Of a DNA stretch of 32,248 nt, positions 1-10,182 are shown one piece after another. Under the pieces are notes generated by a model that searched no databases, had not been told where the DNA came from, and saw only the letters and a list, made by a program, of their open reading frames with translations. Position 1 is the first letter of the stretch; each line of letters starts with the position of its first letter. The stretch covers positions 1 through 32,248 of the forward strand of contig NW_021829598.1 in assembly GCF_006345805.1 (NCBI RefSeq). Direction: 5' to 3'. The DNA comes from Octopus sinensis (Eukaryota). The translations under genes and the position numbers were made by a program.

Positions 1-2088
1 CTCGGTCGAGTGCACGAGTGCGCCGAGGTATGCGGCCGGTTGATTGCCGGGGAGTAAGTCTGAGTACGACGAAGACCACGAGTGTGTGTGTCCGTGTGTT
101 ATCGACGAGGCACGAAGCGGCGATTTTACTTTCAAGAGTTCTCGGTCGAGTGCACGAGTGCGCCGTGGTATGCGGCCGGTTGATTGCCGGGGAGTAAGTC
201 TGAGTACGACGAAGACCACGAGTGTGTGTGTCCGTGTGTTATCGACGAGGCACGAAGCGGCGATTTTACTTTCAAGAGTTCTCGGTCGAGTGCACGAGTG
301 CGCCGAGGTATGCGGCCGGTTGATTGCCGGGGAGTAAGTCTGAGTACGGCGAAGACCACGAGTGTGTGTGTCCGTGTGTTATCGACGAGGCACGAAGCGG
401 CGATTTTACTTTCAAGAGTTCTCGGTCGAGTGCACGAGTGCGCCGAGGTATGCGGCCGGTTGATTGCCGGGGAGTAAGTCTGAGTACGGCGAAGACCACG
501 AGTGTGTGTGTCCGTGTGTTATCGACGAGGCACGAAGCGGCGATTTTACTTTCAAGAGTTCTCGGTCGAGTGCACGAGTGCGCCGAGGTATGCGGCCGGT
601 TGATTGCCGGGGCGTAAGTCTGAGTACGGCGAAGACCACGAGTGTGTGTGTCCGTGTGTTATCGACGAGGCACGAAGCGGCGATTTTACTTTCAAGAGTT
701 CTCGGTCGAGTGCACGAGTGCGCCAAGTTATGCGGCCGGTTGATTGCCGGGGAGTAAGTGTGAGTACGACGAAGACCACGAGTGTGTGTGTCCGTGTGTT
801 ATCAACGAGGCACGAAGCGGCGATTTTACTTCCAAGAGTTCTCGGTCAAGTGCACGAGTGCGCCAAGTTATGCGGCCGGTTGATTACCGGGGAGTAAGTC
901 TGAGTACGACGAAGACCACGAGTGTGTGTGTCCGTGTGTTATCGACGAGGCACGAAGCGGCGATTTTACTTTCAAGAGTTCTTGGTCAAGTGCACGAGTG
1001 CGCCAAGTTATGCGGCCGGTTGATTGCCGGGGAGTAAGTCTGAGTACGACGACGACCACGAGTGTGTGTGTCCGTGTGTTATCGACGAGGCACGAAGCGG
1101 CGATTTTACTTTCAAGAGTTCTCGGTCGAGTGCACGAGTGCGCCAAGTTATGCGGTCGGTTGATTGCCGGGGAGTAAGTCTGAGTACGACGAAGACCACG
1201 AGTGTGTGTGTCCGTGTGTTATCGACGAGGCACGAAGCGGCGATTTTACTTTCAAGAGTTCTCGGTCGAGTGCACGAGTGCGCCAAGTTATGCGGTCGGT
1301 TGATTGCCGGGGAGTAAGTCTGAGTACGACGAAGACCACGAGTGTGTGTGTCCGTGTGTTATCGACGAGGCACGAAGCGGCGATTTTACTTTCAAGAGTT
1401 CTCGGTCGAGTGCACGAGTGCGCCAAGTTATGCGGTCGGTTGATTGCCGGGGAGTAAGTCTGAGTACGACGAAGACCACGAGTGTGTGTGTCCGTGTGTT
1501 ATTTACGAGGCACGAAGCGGCGATTTTACTTTCAAGAGTTATCGGTCGAGTGCACGAGTGCGCCGAGGTATGCGGCCGGTTGATTGCCGGGGAGTAAGTC
1601 TGAGTACGACGAAGACCACGAGTGTGTGTGTCCGTGTGTTATCGACGAGGCACGAAGCGGCGATTTTACTTTCAAGAGTTCTCGGTCGAGTGCACGAGTG
1701 CGCCAAGTTATGCGGTCGGTTGATTGCCGGGGAGTAAGTCTGAGTACGGCGAAGACCACGAGTGTGTGTGTCCGTGTGTTATCGACGAGGCACGATGCGG
1801 CGATTTTACTTTCAAGAGTTCTCGGTCGAGGGCACGAGTGCGCCGAGGTATGCGGCCGGTTGATTGCCGGGGAGTAAGTCTTAGTACGACGAAGACCACG
1901 AGTGTGTGTGTCCGTGTGTTATCGACGAGGCACGATGCGGCGATTTTACTTTCAAGAGTTCTCGGTCAAGTGCACGAGTGCGCCGAGTTATGCGGCCGGT
2001 TGATTGCCGGGGAGTAAGTCTGAGTACGACGAAGACCACGAGTGTGTGTGTCCGTGTGTTATCGACGAGGCACGAAGCGGCGATTTTA
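1..2088. repeat. 140-bp tandem array (~14.9 copies, open at the window edge), probably rDNA intergenic-spacer subrepeats
   Basis: The unit ctcggtcgagtgcacgag...cgattttactttcaagagtt recurs exactly every 140 nt with only point substitutions. It is CpG-rich and adjoins spacer modules leading to 5.8S/28S. The repeat is seen directly; the IGS role is inference. Confidence 0.95.
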
Positions 2089-2531
2089 TGTGCCCGATAT
2101 CGAAAGAACGCACCTAAGCTCACAGTGTCACCCACGTACCCGTGGACGTATTTGCGACCGATGCCTGAAGGATGTCACGAGATACACGCGGTCGATATGG
2201 CAACGTGGTCCTTCCCGTAAGTTCCCGAAAGATGACAAACAGCGGCCAGTGCAGGTATTGGCGGGCCTGCACCAGTCGCGCGGAGCTCCGCCGCTCTGCC
2301 GTGCCCGATCTAGTGAGGCTGAAGCGAACCTCGCGCTCTCGCCCACGTGAACGTGGACGTAGGCGCGATCAATGCCGCCAGCCGCCTGGAGTGTGTGGCG
2401 ATGTGAAACGGGTGAATATGGCGACGTGGTCCGACCCGTAAGTTAAAGGAATCAGACCCGTAAGCTGACGGGTCGGCCCCGGCTGGATAGTCACACTCTA
2501 GTTGACCGTCGCACCCCAAGGGGGTCAAGAC

Positions 2532-2542
2532 TATATTGAGGG
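2532..2542 (+). promoter_or_regulatory. Putative RNA Pol I (spacer) promoter initiation motif TATATTGAGGG, copy 1
   Basis: Short AT island in a GC-rich spacer. It resembles the TATA(T)TAG/AGGG-type Pol I start motifs known from arthropod and plant rDNA, and is duplicated as spacer promoters typically are. Confidence 0.5.
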
Positions 2543-3384
2543 CTTGCAGTCGGCAGGTGGATGTCTCCGGGATCGTTCGGCAGGATGCCCGAGACGTCAG
2601 CCTGCGACGCCGTCAGCCCGGCGAGTGGCCGCCGCCTTCACGCCATCTTGCTTTCCCCGTTCGTCCACTTGCTGCGGGGCCGTTAGCGTCAGGCTTGCGC
2701 CTGTCGCCCGTTCCTCCGCCGCGCTACCGTGCCCGAAATAGAAAGAACGAACCTAAGCTCGCGGTATGGCCCACGTACGCGTGGACGTAGCCGCCACCGA
2801 TGCCGGAAGGCGTTCACGAGACGCACGCGGTCGATACGGCGACGTGGTCCGTCCCGTAAAATCCCGAAAGATGACAACTGCGGCTAGCACGAGGTAGCGG
2901 CGGCAGGCCTGCGCCGGTCGCCCGTTGCTCCGCCGCGCTACCGAGCCCGAAATCGGAAGACCGAAACTGCGCGCGGCATCGCCCACGTACGCGTGGATGT
3001 AGCCGCGACCGATGTCACGAGATGCACGCGCTGGATACGGCGACGTGGTCCGTCCCGTAAATTCCCGAAAGATGACAAACTGCGGCCAGTGTAAGCAGGG
3101 GCTGCCTACGCCAGGCATGCTCCCTCCTTCGCCCGCAGCTCCGCCGCGCTACCGTGCCCGAAATCGAAAGAACGAACCTAAGCGCGCGGTTTGGCCCACG
3201 TACACGTGGACGTAGGCGCGATCGATGCCGTCAGTCTCCGGAAGTGTGTGGCGATACGAACCGGGTAGACAGAGCGACGTGGTCCGACCCGTAAGGTTAA
3301 AGAATTCGATCCGTAAGCTTACGAGTCGGCCCCGGCTGGATAGTCACGCTCTAGGTGACCGTCGCACCCCAAGGGGGTCAAGAC

Positions 3385-3395
3385 TATATTGAGGG
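3385..3395 (+). promoter_or_regulatory. Putative RNA Pol I (spacer) promoter initiation motif TATATTGAGGG, copy 2
   Basis: Identical core to copy 1 (gaccgtcgcaccccaagggggtcaagactatattgagggcttgcagtcggcaggtggatgtctccggga), 853 nt downstream. Confidence 0.5.
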
Positions 3396-4191
3396 CTTGC
3401 AGTCGGCAGGTGGATGTCTCCGGGACCGTTCGGCAGGAAGCCCGAGACGTCAGCCTGCGACGCCGTCAGCCCGGCGGGTGGCCGCCGCCTTCACGCCACC
3501 TTGCTTTTCCCGTTCGTCCACGCGCCGCGGGGCCGTAAGCGCCAGGCATGCGCCGGTCGCCCGTTGATCCGCCGCGCAACCGTGCCCGAAATCGAAAGAA
3601 CGAACCTATGCTCGCGGTGTGGCCCACTTACGCGTGGACGTAGCCGCGACCGATGTCGCGAGATGCACGCAATCGATACGGCGACGTGGTCCGTCTCGTA
3701 AATTCCCGGAAGATGACAAACTGCGGCCAGTATAAGTAGGGGCTGCCTTCGCCAGCAGCTCCGCCACGCGACCGTACCCGAAATAGAAAGAACGAACCTA
3801 AGCTGGCGGTATGGCCCGCGTACGTGTGGACGTAGCCGCGACCGATGCCGGAAGGCCTTCACGAGATACACGCGGTGTATACGGCGACGTGGTCCGTCCC
3901 GTGAAATCCCGAAAGATGACAACTGCGGCTAGCACCAGGTGGCGGCAGGCCTGCGCCGGTCGCCCGCGTCTCCGCCGCCCTACCGTGCGGGAAATCGAAA
4001 GCACGAATCTAAGCGCGCGGTGTCGCCCACGTACGCGTGGACGTAGCCGCGACCGATGTTGCGAGGTAAAGGCGTTCGATACGGCGACGTGGTCCGTCTC
4101 GTAAATTCCCGAAAGATGACAAACTGCGGCCAGTGCAGGTATCGGCCGATAGCGGCGGGCCTGCGCCCGCCTTCTCCCGCCTTCGCCCGAG

Positions 4192-4346
4192 TGGACGGGG
4201 GATCACTCGGCTCGTCCGTCGATGAATAGCACGGCTATCCGCGTGAACTGATGCGAATTGCAGGACTCAGTGAACATCGACACATCGAACGCACATTGCG
4301 GCCCCGGGATCCTATTGTCCCGGGACCCCGTCTGGTCGAGAGGCGG
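4192..4346 (+). rRNA. 5.8S rRNA (divergent; first few nt apparently missing; part of a broken unit)
   Basis: Conserved 5.8S motifs GGATCACTCGGCTCG, GTCGATGAA, GAATTGCAGGAC, TGAACATCGAC and GAACGCACATTGCGG occur in the correct order and spacing. Confidence 0.93.
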
Positions 4347-4889
4347 TCACGACACGAAAACGCCGTCCGCCGCGGCCGTTGGCTGCGGCGGGGAGTCGGG
4401 AGTCGCAGGAAAGGGCGGCGCTTACCGCGAGGCCCGCATTATCTCGCGCGCGAGCCGCCGCCGCTCGATCGTCCGTCTCCCGTAATGCCAGACCGTCATC
4501 GTTGCGAAGCGCTGTTGCGACGGCCGCGCCGCCCCGAATCGCGTGGCCGATGACGACAAATCGCGGAGGGAACCCGCCGACGAGCGGAAGCAGAGGAGTA
4601 GGAGCAGTAGTAGGAACATCGACGACACGGCGAGGCCCCTCGTCCCGTCAACGTCCTCTACGTCCCTCCGAGCAACCGCCGCCCTTCGTCGTCGCTGCCA
4701 CCGCCCTTCGTTGTCGCTGCCACCGCCCTTCGTCGTCGCTGCCACCGCCACCGCCGTCTCGTCTTTCGGCGTTCGCTCTGTGGGAATATCTCCTTCGTGC
4801 GAGCGTTTGTGCCGATCGACAGCGGTGCGCCGGTTGCAGCACGAGCAGCAGCCGTCTCTTCGCAGCGGGGAACTCTTTATTTTTTCACG
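4347..4889 (+). other. ITS2
   Basis: GC-rich ~540-nt spacer between the 5.8S 3' end and the 28S 5' end. Contains a 22-bp x3 repeat at 4679-4744. Confidence 0.88.
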
Positions 4890-5195
4890 CTGCCCTCGAC
4901 TCAGACCCGATTACCCGCCGAACTTAAGCATATCGCTAAGCGGAGGAAAAGAAACCAACCGGGATTCTCTAAGTAACGGCGAGTGAACCGGGAGAAGCCC
5001 AACGCCGAATCTCGTCGGCCGCGCCGGTCGTCGAGAGCTGTGGCGCAAGGGTCGTACAGGGTCGATCGATTCGCCCGGCTAGGTTCAGAGTCCCCTCGAT
5101 CGGGGCTGCCCAGAGCGGGTGCCAGGCCCATTCGGAGCCGGCGGCGATCGACGGTGTTCATCGGCCCGAGAGTCGGGTTGCACGAACGACGCAGC
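4890..5195 (+). rRNA. 28S rRNA 5' fragment (~300 nt, truncated; pseudogene/orphon)
   Basis: ACCCGCCGAACTTAAGCATATC...AAGCGGAGGAAAAGAAACCAAC...AGTAACGGCGAGTGAA and GAGTCGGGTTG are universal LSU 5' motifs. Similarity is lost after ~5195, and CA-rich low-complexity DNA starts at ~5245. Confidence 0.92.
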
Positions 5196-5244
5196 ATTTT
5201 GTCAGTTACGTGTGGGTTCCGGCGGTAAGCCATATACCAGCTTT

Positions 5245-5805
5245 AAACACACACAACCATAATCATCTTTCCCCTCCAGTCACACTACCACCGAGCACTT
5301 CTCAGGACGCACACCACATACCTTTATCCGCATACACTCACACAATCTTTAATAGCAGCTCCACACATGCCACTATACAGGCAGTCACGCACATTGTTTC
5401 ACCCAGTACACACGCCATAATGCACACTACTGCGCCCAGACAGGCGCATAACACATGAATACAGACAATGCATATACACAAACACGCAACGCACATAACC
5501 ACACGCAGTATGCATACGCACCGACAAATTTCGCCCTCAATACATAATCAATACACATGCACACTATTTGGTCATTGGCACATACATACACAAGTACAGG
5601 CTCCACCTGAACAAGGACACATCACATTCTACACACAACACGCACACATTAATCCCACACATACACACACGTCCATATGCATACTAACACAGATACACAT
5701 TTCCATACGAACACACACACATATAGACACCCAGACTCACTCATACATATCTACCCACACGCTGCCATTCACATATACACCCTCACACACACCATTCACA
5801 CATGC
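5245..5805. repeat. Degenerate (CA)n-rich low-complexity tract
   Basis: Dense interrupted CA/CAT runs. Confidence 0.75.
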
Positions 5806-5829
5806 TTGGGCACCGTAGTTCGTTTGGAT

Positions 5830-7246
5830 TACAGTTACAATTGTTATTTTCATACACCCTCAACAAATTAGACTGCTGGAAAAGAAATAATCTTAACATC
5901 GATTTACAACAAGCAATCTCAGATGCAAAGAGGCCTCCAAAGTAGGTCCCTAAGCTGTATCTAATGAAACTGTTTTCTAGAGCCGTACGAATCTGGGTTT
6001 TATACCCATTTCCTCTCTCCATCTCTTCACATCTTTCAGGATAGTTCCCAATACACCTCTAAGTACTCCAATACATTTTCCTCTCAAATAGAGACAACAG
6101 AAAGGCCAGGTCCTCGTACTATACTCTTCTTTCTATACTTCTCCTATTAATGTTTTCATTATTTGGGACTGAAAAGTCAATTGTCTGGATACATTCTATT
6201 CTCTTTATCTACTACTACTACCAAATCAGACCTTCAAGCTTCTATTACTGTGTCAGTCTGAATGTTAAAGACCCATACCATTTTATATCTCTTACATTCT
6301 ACTAATTTACTAGGTTCATGTTCATACCAGTTATCACCATGTTCAAATAGTAGCTTTCTACATAGCTTCCAGTGGATTATCTCTCTAGATTATCATGTCT
6401 TTTCTACTATTCCTTCTGTACCAGCATGCTACATTTACTTACCAAAGGATTAACGCTTTCCTCTTTTGATTTCTATAATATTCATTGGTAATCTACTTTG
6501 TTTTTGTCTATTTTGGCCATTATCAAATTAGTCCTCCATACTTGATCTTATGCCGCTACTAACAAACTTTGTCTTCCGCTCCAGCTTCCCTTTCTGCAAA
6601 CATGAGCTTCTCCCAGTACCACAATTTGATGCTACTATCTTTGGAAATCTACCATGCATAGGAATCTATATCTAATCAAGGTAACTCCAAAAAGTCTCCT
6701 ATTGATATTAACCCTCTTCCGCCTTTCTTTCTGTGTTGATATAATCTTACTACTCCTGCCTTTGTGTGGAGTCATCCATCTGTCTAAATTTGCAAATACA
6801 GTTTTTGTCTAATTTACAAAAGCTGCTGAGTATCTAAGTAATGAGACTGCCTAAGTAAACACGGCCTTCACTACATTTGGACTATTTACCTTTGCCTTCA
6901 TTAGCTTCCTCACCCTCCGATGTACCCCTTCTCCATTTTCGTTTACATTTCTGTATTTAGTACCCAGATTCTAATACTCCTCGATACTTACTGCTCTCTC
7001 CTCCTTCCAATCATTTAAAGGTCTGGCCATCTGTTAATTGGACGTCTTCACTGTTGACTATCTGCCCCTTCTCATAACTAATATCTATGCCAAATTCCAT
7101 GCCTATATCGTTGTTGAAGTGTCTTACAGTCTGTATTATAAATGTAACGTTTTTTCACTCTTACTAAATACCAACAGATCCTCCATGTGGAGCAATTGGT
7201 TAATTTGTCGCTTATTAATTCTGAACTGACAGCCTGCCCTTGTCTT
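5830..7246 (-). mobile_element. Dong/R4-clade non-LTR retrotransposon (RT + Zn-knuckle region + restriction-like endonuclease), 5'-truncated and decayed
   Basis: Minus-strand translation across stops and frameshifts gives KTRAGCQF..INQLLHMEDL (YMDD box), NDIGMEFGI, AVSLLRYSA, RKKGGRGLISI, KRHDN..IHWKLC..WYEHEP, W.FNIQTD.VIEA*RSDLVVVVDK (RPD-type RLE site) and GVLGTI..L*KTVSLDTA. This is the order seen in R4/Dong ORFs. Confidence 0.88.
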
Positions 7247-7479
7247 ATATTATTACTATTATTATATATTTCCTACCTTTCATTGGGGCTCTTTTTCCAG
7301 TTTTGGGGCAATTTTTCCCAAGCATTAAACTAATACATCTGCCCGTTGTTCCTACGCCTGTCTCTGTCATTTGCTCTGTGTAAATTTGAACTGTACATAT
7401 ATATATATAATTATGTGTGTGTGTATATGTGTTTGTATGTATGTATGTATGTATGTATGTATAAATGTATGTACGTATG

Positions 7480-8460
7480 GAAAAAAGTCAAGGTAAAAGA
7501 TGCTAAAATAATTTTATAAAAAACATTTCTGTACCGGTTTCAGTAGAAGAAGAAGAATGCTGGAGTGCCATGATAGTAGTATGTGAAATGGTCAAGTGCC
7601 CTGAAAGTTACCCGTTGTGGATGGTAGTAGTGCTTGGGACTGTTTTTGAAAAAACAGTTTTTTTCAAAACAGTCCCAATTGCTGCTATAATCCATAACGA
7701 GTCACTTTTAGGTCAATTGACCATTTAACACGCTACTACTATCACACTACCTGCATTCCTTCTTATTCTCCCTTCTCTTTCTCCTTCTTCTTCTTCGTCT
7801 TCTTCCTCTCCGTCAACTCTTTCCTATCTTTACCACTATTGCTGTTTTGAGTAACACCTAGGCAAACTTTATAAAGAAAACATTCAGAAGTGATGTCTCA
7901 AGAATTCAGTCACTAAAAACTGCATGGCTGCAGTTTAATGACTGAAAATATGTACAGGTGTGGTTTCATTTATTATTCTAGTTGAAGAGCATTTAGGACG
8001 TATCTGAGTGGTATGAGATCCGAATATAAGGTGTGGGAAGTTTATGTAAATATAGGTTAAAAATTGTCACTGAGAGGACAAGTAGTCATATTCCAGTCGA
8101 ATTTTCGAGACTATTTTCCGTGTAAAGTCCATAGACATAACAGCCTTATATGTATTTAGCTAAGCAGCATTCTGCGGTGTTTCCTAAGTGGATGTGAAAA
8201 GTTATTCATGGGATGGTAACGGAGAATTGAGCGGAAAGATCTGCGGATGTTGATTTTTGTTAGAGTTGTACATGTGGGAGTAATTCTTTTGTTGTTGTAG
8301 CCATTATATATTTCATGATAAGTTTGTAAAGTAGTGTGGTGCTTCAGTGAGTTTGTCTTAGTTTGTATTATGAATCCGAGTGATTCTTTGAAAAGCCATA
8401 CGTCTGAGATGGTGGCGCCAGTACGAGACTTGCTTGAATTTTTAAAGTTGTGCGTGAACA
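7480..8460 (-). mobile_element. Possible decayed Penelope-like element (3' end / pseudo-LTR plus GIY-YIG-like remnant)
   Basis: Minus strand ends tgaaaccggtacagaaatg...ttataaaattattttagcatc followed by (TACA)n. Weak RYH..NFSH..LAKYI resemblance to the PLE endonuclease tail. The internal inversion is typical of PLEs. Evidence is weak. Confidence 0.3.
7545..7769. repeat. Foldback palindrome, two ~110-bp arms with a <=3-nt spacer centred at ~7656
   Basis: Left arm ...tgatagtagtatgtgaaatggtcaagtgccctgaaagttacccgttgtggat...ttgggactgtttttgaaaaaa is the reverse complement (roughly 80% by eye) of ttttttcaaaacagtcccaa...atccataacgagtcacttttaggtcaattgaccatttaacacgctactactatca... Confidence 0.9.
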
Positions 8461-8706
8461 GTTGATATCTTTCTGTGATGGTACTTCATTCTAAGGTTTG
8501 GTGTATCTGAGACAGTAAAGAAATTCCTGTTAAACTAAATATCATTTTACTTTAAGATTTAAATGTTATGCACAGAACCTTACACCATGATTCTTGGACT
8601 ATTCGCCCAGGTTTACATTGTTATGCTTTCATATTTCTCACAGTCTATCATGTGTTTTTGTTTTTTTCATTTCTTTTCAACATTTTCTGAAGGCAAGTAT
8701 AACAAA

Positions 8707-8935
8707 TTATGACTGTGGCAATGGCTCACCAATTAAGCTGAATACTTTGTTGTCCAACCAGTGTAACTTCATAGCAACAGCAGGTTCTCGTATAAAACAG
8801 ACATCGCACAGAATATTATGGTCATGATGGGATTTAGCGTTAATGAAAGAAATGATTGTATTAGTCGTGTATAAGTTTAATTGATATTTACTACGATATA
8901 TAGTTGCGGCTTTTTCTAGCTCCGTTGTAAAAGAA
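8707..8935 (-). pseudogene. Decayed paralogue of the C4-like terminal exon
   Basis: TTELEKAATIYRSKYQLNLYTTNTIISFINAKSHHDHNILCDVCFIREPAVAMKL, then after a frameshift YTGWTTKYSA*LVSHCHSH, aligns with TTEVEKSGYIYGSEYQLDFYPTNKLFSFANAESINDHNVPCAVCLTRQPAVVMML...YAGWTAEYSGYLMSERHTH of 17782-18281. Both ends of the exon are missing. Confidence 0.88.
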
Positions 8936-9074
8936 TAGGCACGAATATATATGAAGTAAGACAAGCTGAATATGAAATAAGATAAGCATTGTTTCAAAGC
9001 AGGCCCTGAAAAGGAACTTTCAACATTCAGATTGCGATGGTAAAGGACAATGATGAGCTTACGCATGATTTCTA

Positions 9075-9122
<48 letters not shown>

Positions 9123-9611
9123 TGTGTGTGTGTATGTTTAGTGTGTGCGGCTTTAACGACAAAATCTCATTAAAAGCCGAACAGTATAAAATCTATCGAT
9201 GTATTGTACACAAGAGATTTGGGGTTTAGATATTCTTTGTTCTGGTGACGTAAAAAAAGGTCGCATGTTCCGTATTACCGTCTCTGGGATAAGAAATATT
9301 TTATTGCCTTTCTAAATAAACAGAGGTTTCCTTATACGATATCGGAATGGAGAGGAATAGACAACAGGATGACGCAGACAAAATTTGAAGGGCCTATGGA
9401 TCCCCCTAATTTTACTGTCCAATGGAAACCTTTATCATGGTCCAAACCAATCAGTATATGACCTGAGAAGATATCCAAGCCGAGACTATTTGTATAAAAA
9501 TGTAATTTGTAACTTTGGCTTGTAATACTAGAATGACCAGTTTGTTAATTTGGTGTCACGGTTTCTATCCGAGACAAATACAATTCGGATTTCGTTACTT
9601 ACATATAAGCC

Positions 9612-9735
9612 TACATCCATCCATTCATCCATCCATCCATCCATCCATCCATCCATCCAGCCAGCCAGCCACCCATCCATCCATACATACATACATGCAT
9701 GCATATATACATACATACATACATACATACATACA

Positions 9736-9769
<34 letters not shown>

Positions 9770-10178
9770 CGTACATACAAACATACATACATACGTACAT
9801 ATATACGTACATACATACATACATACATACATACGTACATACATACATACATACATAATACATACATACTTACATACATACATACATACATACATAATAA
9901 ATACATACATACATATATACATACATACATCCATCCATCCATACATACATACATACATCCATGCATACATGCATCCATCGATCCATACATATATACGTGC
10001 ATACGTACATACATACATACATACAACATACATACATAATACATACATACATACTTACATACATACATACATACATGCATACATACATACATACATGCAT
10101 ACATGCATACATAATACATACATATATACATACATACATACATATATACATACATACATACATACATACATACATACA
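9612..10178. repeat. Compound microsatellite (TCCA)n/(GCCA)n/(TACA)n
   Basis: Directly visible tetranucleotide runs. Confidence 0.95.
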
Positions 10179-10182
10179 AAAA

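Larger units (their letters stand above)
2089..4189 (+). repeat. GC-rich ~212-bp spacer modules (8 copies) interleaved with two ~215-bp promoter-like modules; rDNA IGS-like
   Basis: The motif cgtgcccgaaatcgaaagaacgaacctaagc...ccacgtacgcgtggacgtag...gatacggcgacgtggtccg starts near 2089, 2300, 2728, 2941, 3153, 3581, 3773 and 3984. Block ~2340-2740 is repeated 853 nt later. Confidence 0.85.

Noticed and set aside
1-2088. CRISPR array, or hammerhead-ribozyme satellite
   Set aside because: There are no unique spacers and the context is eukaryotic. CTGAGTA is not the CTGANGA core, and I found no core on the reverse strand.
44-2135. Series of 97-aa and 75-aa ORFs
   Set aside because: They are frame-rotating products of the 140-bp repeat (140 is not divisible by 3), with mostly non-ATG starts and no domain similarity.
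5196-5250. Possible continuation of 28S (ggcggtaagccatataccagctttaaacac vs GGTGGTAAACTCCATCTAAGGCTAAATAC)
   Set aside because: Similarity is too weak and the spacing is off; it could be chance.
5195-5830. Site-specific R2/R4-type insertion causing the 28S break
   Set aside because: The LINE is ~630 nt away, antisense and far more decayed; known R2/R4 sites lie much further into 28S, and no downstream 28S half is present.
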